Virus record (IMG/VR): IMGVR_UViG_3300025723_001174
Coordinates: 5,331-69,330 of that record
DNA from: a virus
Taxonomy: Duplodnaviria > Caudoviricetes
DNA length: 64,000 nt
Reading direction: 5' to 3' (one strand)
The notes below the pieces were generated by a model that worked only from the letters and a program-made list of their open reading frames with translations, searched no databases and was not told the DNA's origin. The first letter of the stretch is position 1. Each line of letters begins with the position of its first letter. Positions 55,139 through 64,000 of this stretch are shown one piece after another. The position numbers and the translations under genes were made by a program.

Positions 55139-55762
55139 TTACCTAGAATTCGCTTCATCCATCATCTGCTGTACATAGGGATATTTAGGAATTCTCTCGA
55201 TTACACACTCTACTTCGTAAGTGCCTTCTGAATGTATTTCGCACGGAATCGTGTAATCAAACCCTAGATCATTGTCTTGACAGTGACGTAACCGCCATTC
55301 TCCCAGGGGTAAACTGTTATGTAGCTCTGTTAATAGCGTACCCGCATGATATAAACGCTTGTGATCGTCATTAAATCTGCTGGGTAAGAAGAATGTTTTT
55401 TCGTATAGTTGATAGTGCGGAACTACTATTATTAAAAAACCGCCTGGCTTTAGTACCCTAAACCACTCGTGCAGGGCTGTTGAAAAATCTTCTATGTGTT
55501 CTAAGCAGTGACTAGAATATACAGCATCTTGTGTTTTATCTTCAAAAGGCAAATGTATTCCGTCATACCCGGGATATCCTAAATCGATGCCCTTAGCATT
55601 AGGCACTATACCTAATTCTGTTTCCCATTCGCCTGATCCTCGATGTCCTATTTCAAGTATCTTGTCTCCGCTTAGATACTTGTCCATAAAGCCGCTGTAG
55701 ATCTTAGCGGCATAGGTCTTTAGGCTTTCTGCGCCTACTTTACGTTTTGCATTCCACGCCAT
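55139..55762 (-). CDS. class I SAM-dependent methyltransferase
   Basis: ILEIG, LPF.D...DAVYSSHCLEHI, EWFRVLKPGG.L.I.VP. Confidence 0.88.
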   Translation of the reverse strand: MAWNAKRKVGAESLKTYAAKIYSGFMDKYLSGDKILEIGHRGSGEWETELGIVPNAKGIDLGYPGYDGIHLPFEDKTQDAVYSSHCLEHIEDFSTALHEWFRVLKPGGFLIIVVPHYQLYEKTFFLPSRFNDDHKRLYHAGTLLTELHNSLPLGEWRLRHCQDNDLGFDYTIPCEIHSEGTYEVECVIERIPKYPYVQQMMDEANSR

Positions 55763-55843
55763 TGCTTTACCTTTTTGTTATACGAATATTTAATCGTAGA
55801 AATGCCGGCAATGCCGGCATTCTGATAGCTAAGTTAAACTATA

Positions 55844-56677
55844 TTAATCAACTGATGCGTTGGCACCGCAAAGTTTACGTTTTGCATTTGTTAAAGCACC
55901 AAAGTCTACTGGCCATTCTTTGCCTGGAGCAAGTTCTTGTGCGTTGCCTGGCATAGCAAACTTAACACCGGCTTGTTGTTCGATCTGTGCGATTGGTAAA
56001 CGGAACTTGGTCAAGTCGTTGCCTAGGTTAGGATATGGAGCAACGTGTGGGAACCACCAACCTGCTACAGCACCTGTGTTTTGATCAACTACGATCTTGT
56101 AGAAAGCGTGTGGTACAACTACACCAGCACCAATCTTCTTGTCTTGTGCATTATAAACACCGCCTGAGATAACATTGAAGTTATGACCGCCTTGGAATGC
56201 CCAACCACGTACTGAAGTTTCTAACAACTTCCAAATACCGCGATTCAATGAACCAGCTTGTGGGCTCATGTTAGTCATCAAGAATGATTCATATTCAACT
56301 TGTTGATCCCATGATTGGTCACCGTCTGGAGCCATGTGGCCTTTGTCGTAACCTGTACCTGCGTAGTCACCTGGAACAGCACCACCTTGGATGCTTTGGT
56401 CAGCTACGAAAGCGTTTGAACGAGCTACACAACCTAGTGCGTGACCCGGTGTTAGTGTCCACATAACGAAACGTGGTAGTTTTGCTGGAGCATCATATCC
56501 AACTAGATATGCTTCGCGGCAAATTGGTTGTACTGCGCCCTGTACTTGTGGTAAGCCATATGGTGCGTGGACAGCACATTGTTGTACTGTACCCGGAGCA
56601 CGTTGAGTCCAAGCAAGAGCTTGTGTGCTGGCTAGGGCTGTTAAGGCTAAGAATAAGCCTGCTAATAGTTTTTTCAT
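55844..56677 (-). CDS. secreted DNA/RNA non-specific endonuclease (His-Me finger, NucA/EndA type)
   Basis: Signal peptide MKKLLAG...ALA; YDKGHMAP, ESF.MTNMSPQ...LNRG.WK.LE, VP.AFYKIV. Confidence 0.9.
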   Translation of the reverse strand: MKKLLAGLFLALTALASTQALAWTQRAPGTVQQCAVHAPYGLPQVQGAVQPICREAYLVGYDAPAKLPRFVMWTLTPGHALGCVARSNAFVADQSIQGGAVPGDYAGTGYDKGHMAPDGDQSWDQQVEYESFLMTNMSPQAGSLNRGIWKLLETSVRGWAFQGGHNFNVISGGVYNAQDKKIGAGVVVPHAFYKIVVDQNTGAVAGWWFPHVAPYPNLGNDLTKFRLPIAQIEQQAGVKFAMPGNAQELAPGKEWPVDFGALTNAKRKLCGANASVD

Positions 56678-56687
56678 TATATCTCCT

Positions 56688-57008
56688 TTAGATATGTTTA
56701 TCGATTCCGCGGCTTTGAACACCGCCTTTCTTACGTTTTGTACTTAGTTCTTCTATACCGTGACGGATTTGTTCTAGGTTTTGTTCTAAGCCCATCATCA
56801 TGCCGCCTTTAGCGTCACGACAAATACTTTGCCAAACTAACAGGTCATTTGATTCTGCTCGTTTGGCTAGATCTTGTAGTTGCCCTCTAGCTTGTGCTAT
56901 ACGGCTTTTTAGTTCCATAGGGTTGGCTTTTTGATGTCCGTGAATCAAGGGATTGTTTGGATCATCTGTAGCCGCTATTGGAGCTTCTGTTAGTTGATGT
57001 ATTCTCAT
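56688..57008 (-). CDS. hypothetical virion protein (MRIHQLTEA start)
   Basis: TAAATA 5 nt upstream. Confidence 0.75.
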   Translation of the reverse strand: MRIHQLTEAPIAATDDPNNPLIHGHQKANPMELKSRIAQARGQLQDLAKRAESNDLLVWQSICRDAKGGMMMGLEQNLEQIRHGIEELSTKRKKGGVQSRGIDKHI

Positions 57009-57072
57009 AATGTTATTTACTGTTATAAACTACCGTTTCCGTAGATCCAAACACCGCCGATAGCAGTGATTG

Positions 57073-60000
57073 TTATACTGACGCTTTTACAAAACAATTC
57101 CCTGCTGTGTTATCCACACAAATATAAGTTACCCACATTGTAGGATGACTACAGAGATAAAATGATGTTCCTCCAACAGCGTTGTTACTGGTTGAAAGTC
57201 CGTGATTGTACTGCTGAGTGCCGCCAATATTATTATAAACTATAACATTAACTTGTTTACCTGCGGTATAGTTAGTTAATGTTGCTGTTACAGTTGCGGC
57301 GTTTGTATGTAGGTGGATAGTTGTGTCTGTTGAAAAGTCGATAGTAAATGCAGTTGTGATTCCAGAAATAATCCTTGGTGTAGTGCTATTTGCTATCAGT
57401 GTATTAACTGTAGCAGTAGTTGTGTATCCTAGTCCTAGTACATAGCTTTGTGTAGCATAGTTGGTTAAACTGTTTGCTATCAATGCTGTTACTGTGGCAG
57501 TTGTAGTATAAGGACTTAGTGCAGAACTTGTGATAAAGCCTTGACTGTTTACATAAGTTTGTGTAGCATAGTTGGTTAGACTATTTGCTATCAAACTTGT
57601 TACTGTGGCAGTTGTAGTATAACCTAATCCTAGTACATAGCTTTGTGTGGCATAACCAGTTAATGCGGAACTGGTGATGTATCCACCATCATTGGCCCAG
57701 GATATGTTCACTGTGCCTGTAGAATGGTCAACACGTATGCCTGTACCTGTGGTAATGCTGGTAACGCCGATCGCAGGTGCGCCTGTAATCTGGCTCCATA
57801 AGACTGTTGCTGTTGAATTCCACGCTGTGATCTGTCTTGTGCTGTCGCGGAATGTTATGCCGCCAAGTGGATTGCCAACAAAACTTAAACCTGTGGCGGT
57901 AATGTCTGCTGTCACAGTCTGTATTGTAGTTGAGTTCAGAGGTGTTAGTTGGAAGCGAACACCTGTGCCAGCAGTTGTATTAGTAAAATCTTGCAGAGCT
58001 TGGAAGTTCAAGCGTCCAATACTACTGATATAGCCAGTATCGCCCCAACCTTGTGTACTGATTCGGAATAGTGTGTCATCACTGATTGTGCGTGTAGGTG
58101 CTGAGACTGTGCCGCCTGCTTGGCGTCCTGCAATAATAGGATATGTACCTGTACCAAAACTGTCAATGCTTACGCGAGTGCTGGTGCTGTCCAGGCCAGT
58201 AATCTGTAACATTGTGTTGTTATAGTTACGAGGTTGTTGAATGCCTGCGGCGTTGCCAATAATGCTTAATGCTGACTGTGTTGATAAGATCGTTGTTGGA
58301 GGAATGATTGTAGTCAACCCAGTTCTACCAACTGTAAATGCTGTGCGTCCTGTTGAGTCTGCTACCTTTATAGGGCGGTTAAAGTTAACAAATCCTGTAG
58401 CAGTGGTAACACCAATGTTGATGTCACGGTCAGGATTGCTAATATAGATATTGTTGTCACGAAGTGTAAACTGTCCTACATTTAGGCCAGCCGCACCTGC
58501 TACCACAAAGTCACCATTAATGGCTGTTAGTCGTAGGTCACTGCCCAGTGTTTCATCTTGTACATAGATGGAGCCAGGGCCTACCCATACTTCTTTCCAA
58601 CGGCGAGTCGGCGAACCCAAGTTACTGATGTTAGTACCAATAGGTATGATGTTGGTGTTGACTAGAACATCTCCCAAGCCTTGGCTGTTTAGGAAAATGT
58701 CCGTACCTGGTCTAGTCTGTATATCCAGTCCAGGTTTTTCTAACGGACGCAATAGAGTAAATGGAGCACCTGGTACAGGCAGTACTTGCCCCAGTATGCT
58801 CATGTCTAGGTCAACTACGATATAGTTTGTGAATGTAGTGCCTGTGGAACCTTTACTGATAACTGTGCTGGGAACAATACTTTGTCCTGCTAAGACATCG
58901 CCTAAATTTACCACCTGTGTATTGGTGTTTAGGTTGAATACAGCGTAAGGAGCCGCGACACCATTGATAATACCGTACTGGCCTATGGTCAATGTATCAG
59001 TGCTGGTAGTAGAGTATGTGACTATATTACTCAGAACATAATTGGTTAGATATGCTTCAATTTGATTCTGCGTGATCAACAAGCCACCGTTAGGGAAACT
59101 TATACTTGGTACATGTACTGTAGCGGCATTAGTGCCAGTTGATATTAAAACAAGGTCACCGCCAGGAGTTAATGGCTTGATTGAGTCAACGTTTAATCCT
59201 GTGCTGTCCATTGAGGCAACAATGCTATCGGCAGTATCAGTGGGACCAACAAAGAATTTGACATTAGAAGCAGTAGTACCTATGGCAAGGTTGCCCGAGT
59301 CTACGTACAGGTAACCATCGTTAGCACCATTGATAACCCACGATGAAGTAGACCAACGACTTGAGTTGATACCCATGTCAATGTAGTGCTTGCCGTCTGT
59401 GCCTATATCGTTGGTAACCACATAGTCACCACTTGCCCATGTACTGCTGGAATGGTTTTGGAAGTTGACCTGTGAGTAGGTATCCGAGGCCGCATCTATC
59501 TGTAGTAGTGCGTTGCTGAACTGGCCCATTAGGTTTGAGTAGCCAATATTGGCTCCACCGGTAACAGTTAGGGTAGTAACTGTGGTTTTTGTTGCTATCA
59601 AATGTTCTACTTGGAATCCAGCATCATCCATCGTGTACCAGTAGTTGTTGTTTAGACTGTAGAGTATGCCTGTGGTCCAAGTACTTGTTCCCAGTACGAT
59701 ACCGCCACCATCAATTTGTGTGTCTTGTGTTGAATTAGATGCTAGATATATTCTATAACCTTCTACTACTACTGGTGTAACTGAAGTCAGTGTGTTGAGT
59801 ACGTTTAGGTTGTTGACAGTCAAGTTACCAAAAGTAACTGTGGCTGTGGTGTTGAGATTCTGCGGTGTGCTTAACTGTATGTCACGGTTGCCCAAGTCTG
59901 TAACAATAACTTGGTTGGCTGTGCCTGTAACAGAGTGTACACCTGTTTCTACCTGTAGATAGTGTGCATCATTGATGAAGGTTGATACATTGGTAACTGT

Positions 60001-60567
60001 GAATATGTCAGCGGTAATAAAGCCTTGACTGTTAACATACACCTGTGTGGCATAGTTTGTAAGACTATTTGCAATTAACCCAGTGACTGTAGCTGTTGTA
60101 GTGTAAGGATATACGATATCGCTGATTGCGTTAGTAACATAACCTTGTGTAGCATAGGTGCTTAGATCCGCTGGTTGGAATGTAAACACACCTGTTGTAT
60201 GATCATATGACAGAGCGCCGCCACCAGTAGCCGATCCTGTGCCAACGCTCAACATGCTCAATGTGATGCCAGTAGCAGTAGACGCTATGTCTGGACTTGC
60301 ATCTACCCAGTTGTTGTCGTACCAAACGTATAAACGTCCTGTTACAGGATCAAACCATAGCTGTCCGTCTTGGGGATTTTGCGGAGCACCTTCACTGATG
60401 AATGTTATGCTTCCGCCACTTAGGGGAATACCGCCTGGAGTATGTCCGTCTGATATGCGGATTACATTGTCGTCTTGTGAGTAGAATAAATGTCCAACTT
60501 CACCTACAAAGGTAAGGACACCTCTTTCTCCTGTAACACGCCCTGATTTGATCTTGTAGAAAGCCAT
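57073..60567 (-). CDS. long tail fibre/structural protein with internal repeats
   Basis: 1164 aa, T/G/N-rich; P.NPQDGQLWFDP.TG.LYVWY.NNWVDA head motif; repeated YTTTATV..LIANSLTNYATQ. Confidence 0.8.
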   Translation of the reverse strand: MAFYKIKSGRVTGERGVLTFVGEVGHLFYSQDDNVIRISDGHTPGGIPLSGGSITFISEGAPQNPQDGQLWFDPVTGRLYVWYDNNWVDASPDIASTATGITLSMLSVGTGSATGGGALSYDHTTGVFTFQPADLSTYATQGYVTNAISDIVYPYTTTATVTGLIANSLTNYATQVYVNSQGFITADIFTVTNVSTFINDAHYLQVETGVHSVTGTANQVIVTDLGNRDIQLSTPQNLNTTATVTFGNLTVNNLNVLNTLTSVTPVVVEGYRIYLASNSTQDTQIDGGGIVLGTSTWTTGILYSLNNNYWYTMDDAGFQVEHLIATKTTVTTLTVTGGANIGYSNLMGQFSNALLQIDAASDTYSQVNFQNHSSSTWASGDYVVTNDIGTDGKHYIDMGINSSRWSTSSWVINGANDGYLYVDSGNLAIGTTASNVKFFVGPTDTADSIVASMDSTGLNVDSIKPLTPGGDLVLISTGTNAATVHVPSISFPNGGLLITQNQIEAYLTNYVLSNIVTYSTTSTDTLTIGQYGIINGVAAPYAVFNLNTNTQVVNLGDVLAGQSIVPSTVISKGSTGTTFTNYIVVDLDMSILGQVLPVPGAPFTLLRPLEKPGLDIQTRPGTDIFLNSQGLGDVLVNTNIIPIGTNISNLGSPTRRWKEVWVGPGSIYVQDETLGSDLRLTAINGDFVVAGAAGLNVGQFTLRDNNIYISNPDRDINIGVTTATGFVNFNRPIKVADSTGRTAFTVGRTGLTTIIPPTTILSTQSALSIIGNAAGIQQPRNYNNTMLQITGLDSTSTRVSIDSFGTGTYPIIAGRQAGGTVSAPTRTISDDTLFRISTQGWGDTGYISSIGRLNFQALQDFTNTTAGTGVRFQLTPLNSTTIQTVTADITATGLSFVGNPLGGITFRDSTRQITAWNSTATVLWSQITGAPAIGVTSITTGTGIRVDHSTGTVNISWANDGGYITSSALTGYATQSYVLGLGYTTTATVTSLIANSLTNYATQTYVNSQGFITSSALSPYTTTATVTALIANSLTNYATQSYVLGLGYTTTATVNTLIANSTTPRIISGITTAFTIDFSTDTTIHLHTNAATVTATLTNYTAGKQVNVIVYNNIGGTQQYNHGLSTSNNAVGGTSFYLCSHPTMWVTYICVDNTAGNCFVKASV
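57390..57680 (-). repeat. imperfect tandem coding repeats (YTTTATV..LIANSLTNYATQ.YV) with a distant copy near 60010-60150
   Basis: Seen at protein and DNA level; boundaries approximate. Confidence 0.8.
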
Positions 60568-60580
60568 TTAGCAGGCCTCC

Positions 60581-60859
60581 TTATTGTTTGTGTGCGTCGT
60601 ACGCTGAAGGAACACCCGCTACCTTCTTCAGTAGTTCTAGTTCTTGTTGTAAAGGACTGGCCATTGTGTCGGCGGCGGTGGCTGAAACAGGTTCTTGGTT
60701 AGTTGGTAATAACTTAGCAACTTGTGGCGCTTCATCGGGTGCTGTAACCTGTGCTGGCTGTACAACTGCCACGGATGCTGGAGGAGCAACTGCTGGCTGG
60801 CCACCTTCCACGCGATCAATCACGTTGGCAATGTGTCTTAATATTTCGGCGGCTCGCAT
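60581..60859 (-). CDS. hypothetical virion protein (MRAAEILR start)
   Basis: SD AAGGAG; PLQQELELLKK motif. Confidence 0.75.
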   Translation of the reverse strand: MRAAEILRHIANVIDRVEGGQPAVAPPASVAVVQPAQVTAPDEAPQVAKLLPTNQEPVSATAADTMASPLQQELELLKKVAGVPSAYDAHKQ

Positions 60860-60868
60860 GGTATCTCC

Positions 60869-61162
60869 TTAGGCTACTGGTGTAATTGAAATCCAACCAT
60901 TTGCTCCACCACCTGTAACTTCTACAAATGTGATAGTGCTGGTTGAATCTAGTTTGAAGTGTTCTACAGTACCTGGAGGAATCAACAAGTCTGAATTGTT
61001 GTCTGCTGTACCTTCTCCGCCAAAATTGATCACACATGGCTGTCCTGATGTTGCTATTCTTACTTTAAGTGGAGCAACACCTGCGAATGTGGTTGCGTTG
61101 TGAGTACCAGTTGTACTTGAAATTTGATATAAGCCTGTTGGGCCTAGTGGTTTTGATAACAT
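60869..61162 (-). CDS. small beta-rich structural protein
   Basis: SD AAGGA; DLLIPPG.VE.F. Confidence 0.7.
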   Translation of the reverse strand: MLSKPLGPTGLYQISSTTGTHNATTFAGVAPLKVRIATSGQPCVINFGGEGTADNNSDLLIPPGTVEHFKLDSTSTITFVEVTGGGANGWISITPVA

Positions 61163-61174
61163 GTTTTTCCTTTG

Positions 61175-61437
61175 TCAGGACCTGTGTTGTTCCTGAAACA
61201 ATAAAATATGGGCATTAAAATCTGCTGTGAAATCAGCGTCTAACTCTGCACCATCACCTTCGTTTAACTTAAAATCTGCGCCTGTAACTGTACCTTCTAC
61301 AACATACAAGTACGCTCTAGATATATTTAGCGTAGTTTCTCCACGAATCCATCCAAACTGTTATTGCTGAATGTTCTGCGGCTTTTAATCCAACCTACAT
61401 CCAGCATGCCCCTAGTGTTAGCAGGGCGTATCCACAT
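61175..61437 (-). pseudogene. internally deleted, frameshifted pirin (YhhW-like) gene
   Basis: 61437-61327 gives MWIRPANTRGMLDVGWIKSRRTFSNNS (pirin N-terminus). A second frame 61354-61175 gives ...RAYLYVVEG....LNEGDGA....ILLF (pirin C-terminus). Central cupin is absent. Confidence 0.7.
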
Positions 61438-61438
61438 G

Positions 61439-62149
61439 TTATCCTAACCTTCCTTTCATACCATGGTAATCTGTTAGTATCTCTGCAGAACTTAATGCTC
61501 TGTTGTACATCCTTAGGGTATTGATACGGCCATCGAGATAACTATCTTGAGGATAATTACTGCGACCAATGTAGTTATAATTACGAGTCACACTGCCTTC
61601 TGGGCCGCCTAACTGTTGTGCTACCTGTTGACCATTTATGAATAGTGTCTGAGTCGTGCCCGCCTGCGTTGCCGCCAGTTGAGCCCATTGATTCGGTGGA
61701 ATTTGTGCTGGACTTTGTAGATTATTGGCATTGGCATAGAAAACAGGATATCCACTGTTGCCAGACGTCACAGCAACAATCACATTGTCTTGGCCAGCAC
61801 CGTTACCAAAGTCAAACAGTCTACTCCAAGACGCATAACTTCTAACATAAACCCAACCAATGGCTGTAAAGTCTCCGTTGAACATGTTGGCAGGTGCTAT
61901 CTGTGCGTAGTTCTCGTTTGAAAAATCTACAGATACGCTATCTGATGCGCTAAAATTTCCATATAATGGAGCATCATAGTGATTGTTACTGAGATCAACC
62001 CAAGTTTCAAATCCTGGTTGGTAACTGGTAGGATTAGCCGCATCTAACCACAATATTATGCCATTAGTGATTATGGGAATCAGTCCTGATAGTGTGATTC
62101 CAGGATTAATGGTTATACCAGGATTGATAGTTAATGTAGCCGCAACCAT
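61439..62149 (-). CDS. LamG/concanavalin A-like domain structural protein
   Basis: LWLDAAN..SY.....W.DLS, FT..GWV, W..L, LFING, GRI...RMYNRALS..EI. Confidence 0.88.
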   Translation of the reverse strand: MVAATLTINPGITINPGITLSGLIPIITNGIILWLDAANPTSYQPGFETWVDLSNNHYDAPLYGNFSASDSVSVDFSNENYAQIAPANMFNGDFTAIGWVYVRSYASWSRLFDFGNGAGQDNVIVAVTSGNSGYPVFYANANNLQSPAQIPPNQWAQLAATQAGTTQTLFINGQQVAQQLGGPEGSVTRNYNYIGRSNYPQDSYLDGRINTLRMYNRALSSAEILTDYHGMKGRLG

Positions 62150-62150
62150 A

Positions 62151-63998
62151 TTACAGCAATCTCTCTACAGTGATAGCACCATATGTAATGCCAAAATCAT
62201 TTGGGTTAACTGAGCCCATGAATGTTGCTCTAAATATTCTACCAGTGTCGATACATTGTATACGAACCGTGACATAATCGCCTGGTTGTAGCACAGATGA
62301 TAATATAACGCTACCACCTGTGTTGTTTACCTGGATTGGTGTTGTACCACTTGAACCGGCTATAGGATTTGCGCTATCATTTGCGGCGAGCCAAGCATCA
62401 TAACTCCAAATACTGTTATAAAGGGGATTGCCACCGTTTGACGAATAACTCTGTATAGTAGGATGACCGGTTCCAGGATCAAAATAGAATTGATAATCTA
62501 AGTTAGCGATTCCACCACTGCTTGGATAAGTTGTTCCCCAAGGACTTTGTGATACTCCTTGTAGTTCAAATGCTGTTAACTGGTTTGTAGCATCTGGGAA
62601 TTGAATAGAACCAGAATTAAATGTCCAACTACTGCTGTTGCTTGTAAGAACGATTCCGCTGGTATTAACACTTACAGATGCTTGGCTTAGATAGTTCAAT
62701 GTTATATAACCATAACTGTTTACATTACAGATTATGTCAATACCAGCACCGCCGTTGCCAATCTGTCCTTGACCGTTCGGTAATGTTATTATACCGGGTA
62801 CTGTTAGGCTGGCATCTGTGCCAAAGCCCCAGGTGTTGCTATTAGATACTAACTGTAGTCCATTAGTTCCACCACTTATTTGTCCAGCGCCACTGGCAGT
62901 TATAGGAACTGTTAAAATACCAGTAGTATCAAATGTCCAATTTAATTCAGTACCACCGCCTACCGCTGATCCAAGTTGAATAGGGCCATAAGTGTTACCA
63001 ATTTGAACTGCTCCAGTTCCAGCATTAGCAGGTAATACGATACCGGCTGTAGCACCTACAACTCCTGCATTACTAATAACAATGCCATTAGTGCTTTGTA
63101 TAGCACCTGGAACTACTAGATTACCGTCAGTGCCAAATCCCCAAGTGTGTGTTGTAGAGCCGTCACTGCTGTTAATAGTAACAGCACCAGTGCCTGCGGT
63201 AGAGTTTATTGTGCCAGGAACTGTTAGAGTACCGTTCTGACCAAATGCGTAGAGTTTCTGTCCACTACTGCCATCGTTGGCGCCAATAACTGGACTTGCT
63301 CCGCCTACTGGTAAGTGGAAGTAGTTGGCATCGTCACCGAAGAACAGATCAAATGATTGATCAACCTTGTTGATATGAAAGTGTGTCGGTACACCAGGTG
63401 CTTCTAGATTAAAGCCATAATAGACTGTGCCACGGGCTGTGGTCATAACAATGCCATTATCGCCTACGCTAACTTGATTAGAACCGCTGTTGTCCTGTAA
63501 TATGGCCGCACTGCCTGCTGGTGCTTTGATCACTGTATTGCTACCCATACCTACGGGGGCTGTGATGAAACCACCTAGTGGTAGTGTTAATCCACCGTCG
63601 GGTTTGAACTGCCAAGATTGCTGAGATGTATAAACAGTACTGGTTGTGTAGTCATATTCAAAAGTACCATTATAGCCTAGACTAATACCTGCACTGGCCA
63701 CACTAACATCTGTGGCAACAGTCAGTGTGCCTGCAGATATGGTCAGTGGCAATCCTGTTGTAACTGTAACAGTAGCAGTTATAGCGGCCCAAGTACTCGT
63801 AGTTGAGTAGATGCTCAACATGTCGGGAATACCAATGTCACCAAAGGAAACGGGAGTACCATCTGCTGGAACCTGCAAGACATATGGATAATAGTTACTC
63901 TCATTACCACTTATAACACCCAGCGCGATCATGCCATTGTGATAACTGGTATTGTTGCCTAGGTCTGTAAAACTATTTTGGAACGCATCTGCTCCAAG
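62151..63998 (-). CDS. tail fibre-like repeat protein, 5' end beyond the window
   Basis: Frame stays open to the window edge (LGADAFQNSFTDLGNNTSYHNG precedes the tracked Met); repeated W.F...G.L..PG motifs. Confidence 0.8.
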   Translation of the reverse strand, partial: LGADAFQNSFTDLGNNTSYHNGMIALGVISGNESNYYPYVLQVPADGTPVSFGDIGIPDMLSIYSTTSTWAAITATVTVTTGLPLTISAGTLTVATDVSVASAGISLGYNGTFEYDYTTSTVYTSQQSWQFKPDGGLTLPLGGFITAPVGMGSNTVIKAPAGSAAILQDNSGSNQVSVGDNGIVMTTARGTVYYGFNLEAPGVPTHFHINKVDQSFDLFFGDDANYFHLPVGGASPVIGANDGSSGQKLYAFGQNGTLTVPGTINSTAGTGAVTINSSDGSTTHTWGFGTDGNLVVPGAIQSTNGIVISNAGVVGATAGIVLPANAGTGAVQIGNTYGPIQLGSAVGGGTELNWTFDTTGILTVPITASGAGQISGGTNGLQLVSNSNTWGFGTDASLTVPGIITLPNGQGQIGNGGAGIDIICNVNSYGYITLNYLSQASVSVNTSGIVLTSNSSSWTFNSGSIQFPDATNQLTAFELQGVSQSPWGTTYPSSGGIANLDYQFYFDPGTGHPTIQSYSSNGGNPLYNSIWSYDAWLAANDSANPIAGSSGTTPIQVNNTGGSVILSSVLQPGDYVTVRIQCIDTGRIFRATFMGSVNPNDFGITYGAITVERLL

Positions 63999-64000
63999 GC

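Noticed and set aside
57020-57110. Alternative C-terminus of the tail fibre in another frame (…SITITAIGGVWIYGNGSL*)
   Set aside because: Protein-like but short, with no canonical slippery heptamer or downstream structure; it could be chance.
57390-60150. Diversity-generating retroelement (TR/VR pair in tail fibre)
   Set aside because: No reverse transcriptase in the window. Repeat differences are mostly synonymous and not adenine-restricted.
312-64000. Numerous opposite-strand or alternative-frame ORFs in the track (e.g. 312..683, 8966..9436, 16169..16840, 34888..35364, 57674..58033)
   Set aside because: They lie wholly inside well-supported genes, lack SD/promoter context and recognisable motifs, and are typical shadow ORFs.
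1-64000. CRISPR array
   Set aside because: No regularly spaced identical repeats seen. The PD-(D/E)XK nuclease at 43321-44019 is a common T4-like exonuclease, not evidence of a Cas system.
1-64000. Stop-codon reassignment (TAG/TGA recoding seen in some jumbo phages)
   Set aside because: Conserved genes (nrdA, dnaK, thyX, hemA) are full length under the standard code.
1-64000. Bacterial chromosome or prophage origin
   Set aside because: Housekeeping-like genes are isolated from their usual operon partners (no dnaJ/grpE, smpB, arnBCDT, other r-proteins) and are interleaved with virion genes and T4-type late promoters. No integrase or att site was seen.

Overview
This is an AT-rich, densely coding, mostly minus-strand segment of a large T4-like (jumbo) myophage genome, read in the standard genetic code. 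It is not bacterial chromosome. Evidence: nrdA/nrdB/glutaredoxin/thyX, tail-fibre and prohead-core-like genes, a T4 gp55-type late promoter motif (TATAAATA/TAAATA) directly upstream of many genes, and many ORFs with T4-like capsid-targeting N-termini. The accessory content is unusually rich. (1) A curli/type VIII secretion-like operon: csgF, csgG fused to an SH3-like domain, two curlin-repeat proteins (one with a large passenger domain) and a FecR protein, close to a CHASE2 adenylate cyclase. (2) A tetrapyrrole route: 5-aminolevulinate synthase, heme oxygenase and a ferredoxin-dependent bilin reductase. (3) Proteostasis and translation genes: dnaK and hsp20 (each behind a ROSE-like RNA thermometer), clpS, bS21, RimK, TraR/DksA and a circularly permuted two-piece tmRNA with a 25-aa tag. 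(4) Envelope-modifying genes: LpxH-like, ArnA decarboxylase, PBP7-like, GT4, a porin, lipoproteins and a secreted nuclease. (5) A plus-strand cupin/hydrolase/phasin-like cluster, a candidate structured RNA and an internally deleted pirin pseudogene. The host is probably a proteobacterium: DnaK and ArnA look betaproteobacterial, while ALAS and the permuted tmRNA are typical of alphaproteobacteria. All family assignments come from motif recognition by eye; no database search was run.
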